The position numbers and the translations under genes were made by a program. A stretch of DNA of 62,453 bases, counting the filler, from Choristocarpus tenellus KU-1152 (taxonomy: Eukaryota > Protista > Phaeophyceae): assembly GCA_964200185.2 (NCBI GenBank). It is 10 parts of 10 records of this genome, joined end to end, with 100 filler letters (N's around TTAATTAATTAA, not from the genome) between each part and the next. Parts side by side here need not be neighbours in the genome. Positions count along the whole stretch, not along the records: positions 59,273 to 62,453 come from CAXNAD020021737.1; 9 more parts are not named here. One strand, 5' to 3'. Under the pieces are notes generated by a model. The model searched no databases. It was not told the DNA's origin and worked only from the letters and a program-made list of their open reading frames with translations. Positions 62,221 to 62,453 of this stretch are shown here, piece after piece. Position 1 is the first letter of the stretch; every line of letters begins with the position of its first letter.

Positions 62221-62453
62221 TAAGTAAGTAGACACACATGCACACACACACTCATAGACTACACTGCTTCAGAATACAATCCATGCACGTATCGACTTGA
62301 CCACAAAACAGAAAAAAACAAAACAAATGCGGAATGCAGAGGGTCAACAGTGTGTACAACGGGATCAATAGAAGAGGCGAGAGGGGGGGGGGGGGCGGGG
62401 GCAGGGGGGGGATCATGCTAGTCTTCATCTCATTGCACCTAGTTGGGGGGGGG

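Overview
Eukaryotic nuclear DNA, not prokaryotic. The window is 10 unrelated contigs joined by 9 artificial 100-bp spacers (44 N + TTAATTAATTAA + 44 N). Genes have long GT-AG introns with C/A-rich acceptors, and the repeats are TTAGGG-type. Together these suggest a stramenopile, probably a brown alga or a close relative (inference). Spliced, phase-consistent gene fragments were reconstructed by hand: a UBC6/UBE2J-type E2, a prolyl-4-hydroxylase-like dioxygenase, a divergent galactokinase-like GHMP protein, a MAP65/Ase1-like coiled-coil protein, a MesA/Afi1 (SPA-domain) protein and an mTERF-like protein. The rest is decayed Gypsy, Copia and LINE retroelements, minisatellites and DNA-transposon derivatives. 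The most notable observations are four. (1) Two MITE families share GRNNN-AAAGTATCT termini and make 4-bp target duplications; three copies sit in a decayed, intron-containing reading frame that lies behind a matching terminus and may be the autonomous partner. (2) About 45 short interstitial (TTAGGG)n tracts occur in both orientations, concentrated in old intronic TE DNA and at rearrangement junctions. (3) One small fold-back element carries telomeric repeats inside both arms. (4) CpG appears depleted in gene bodies relative to TE-only contigs. All family assignments are by-eye motif recognition; no database search was run.
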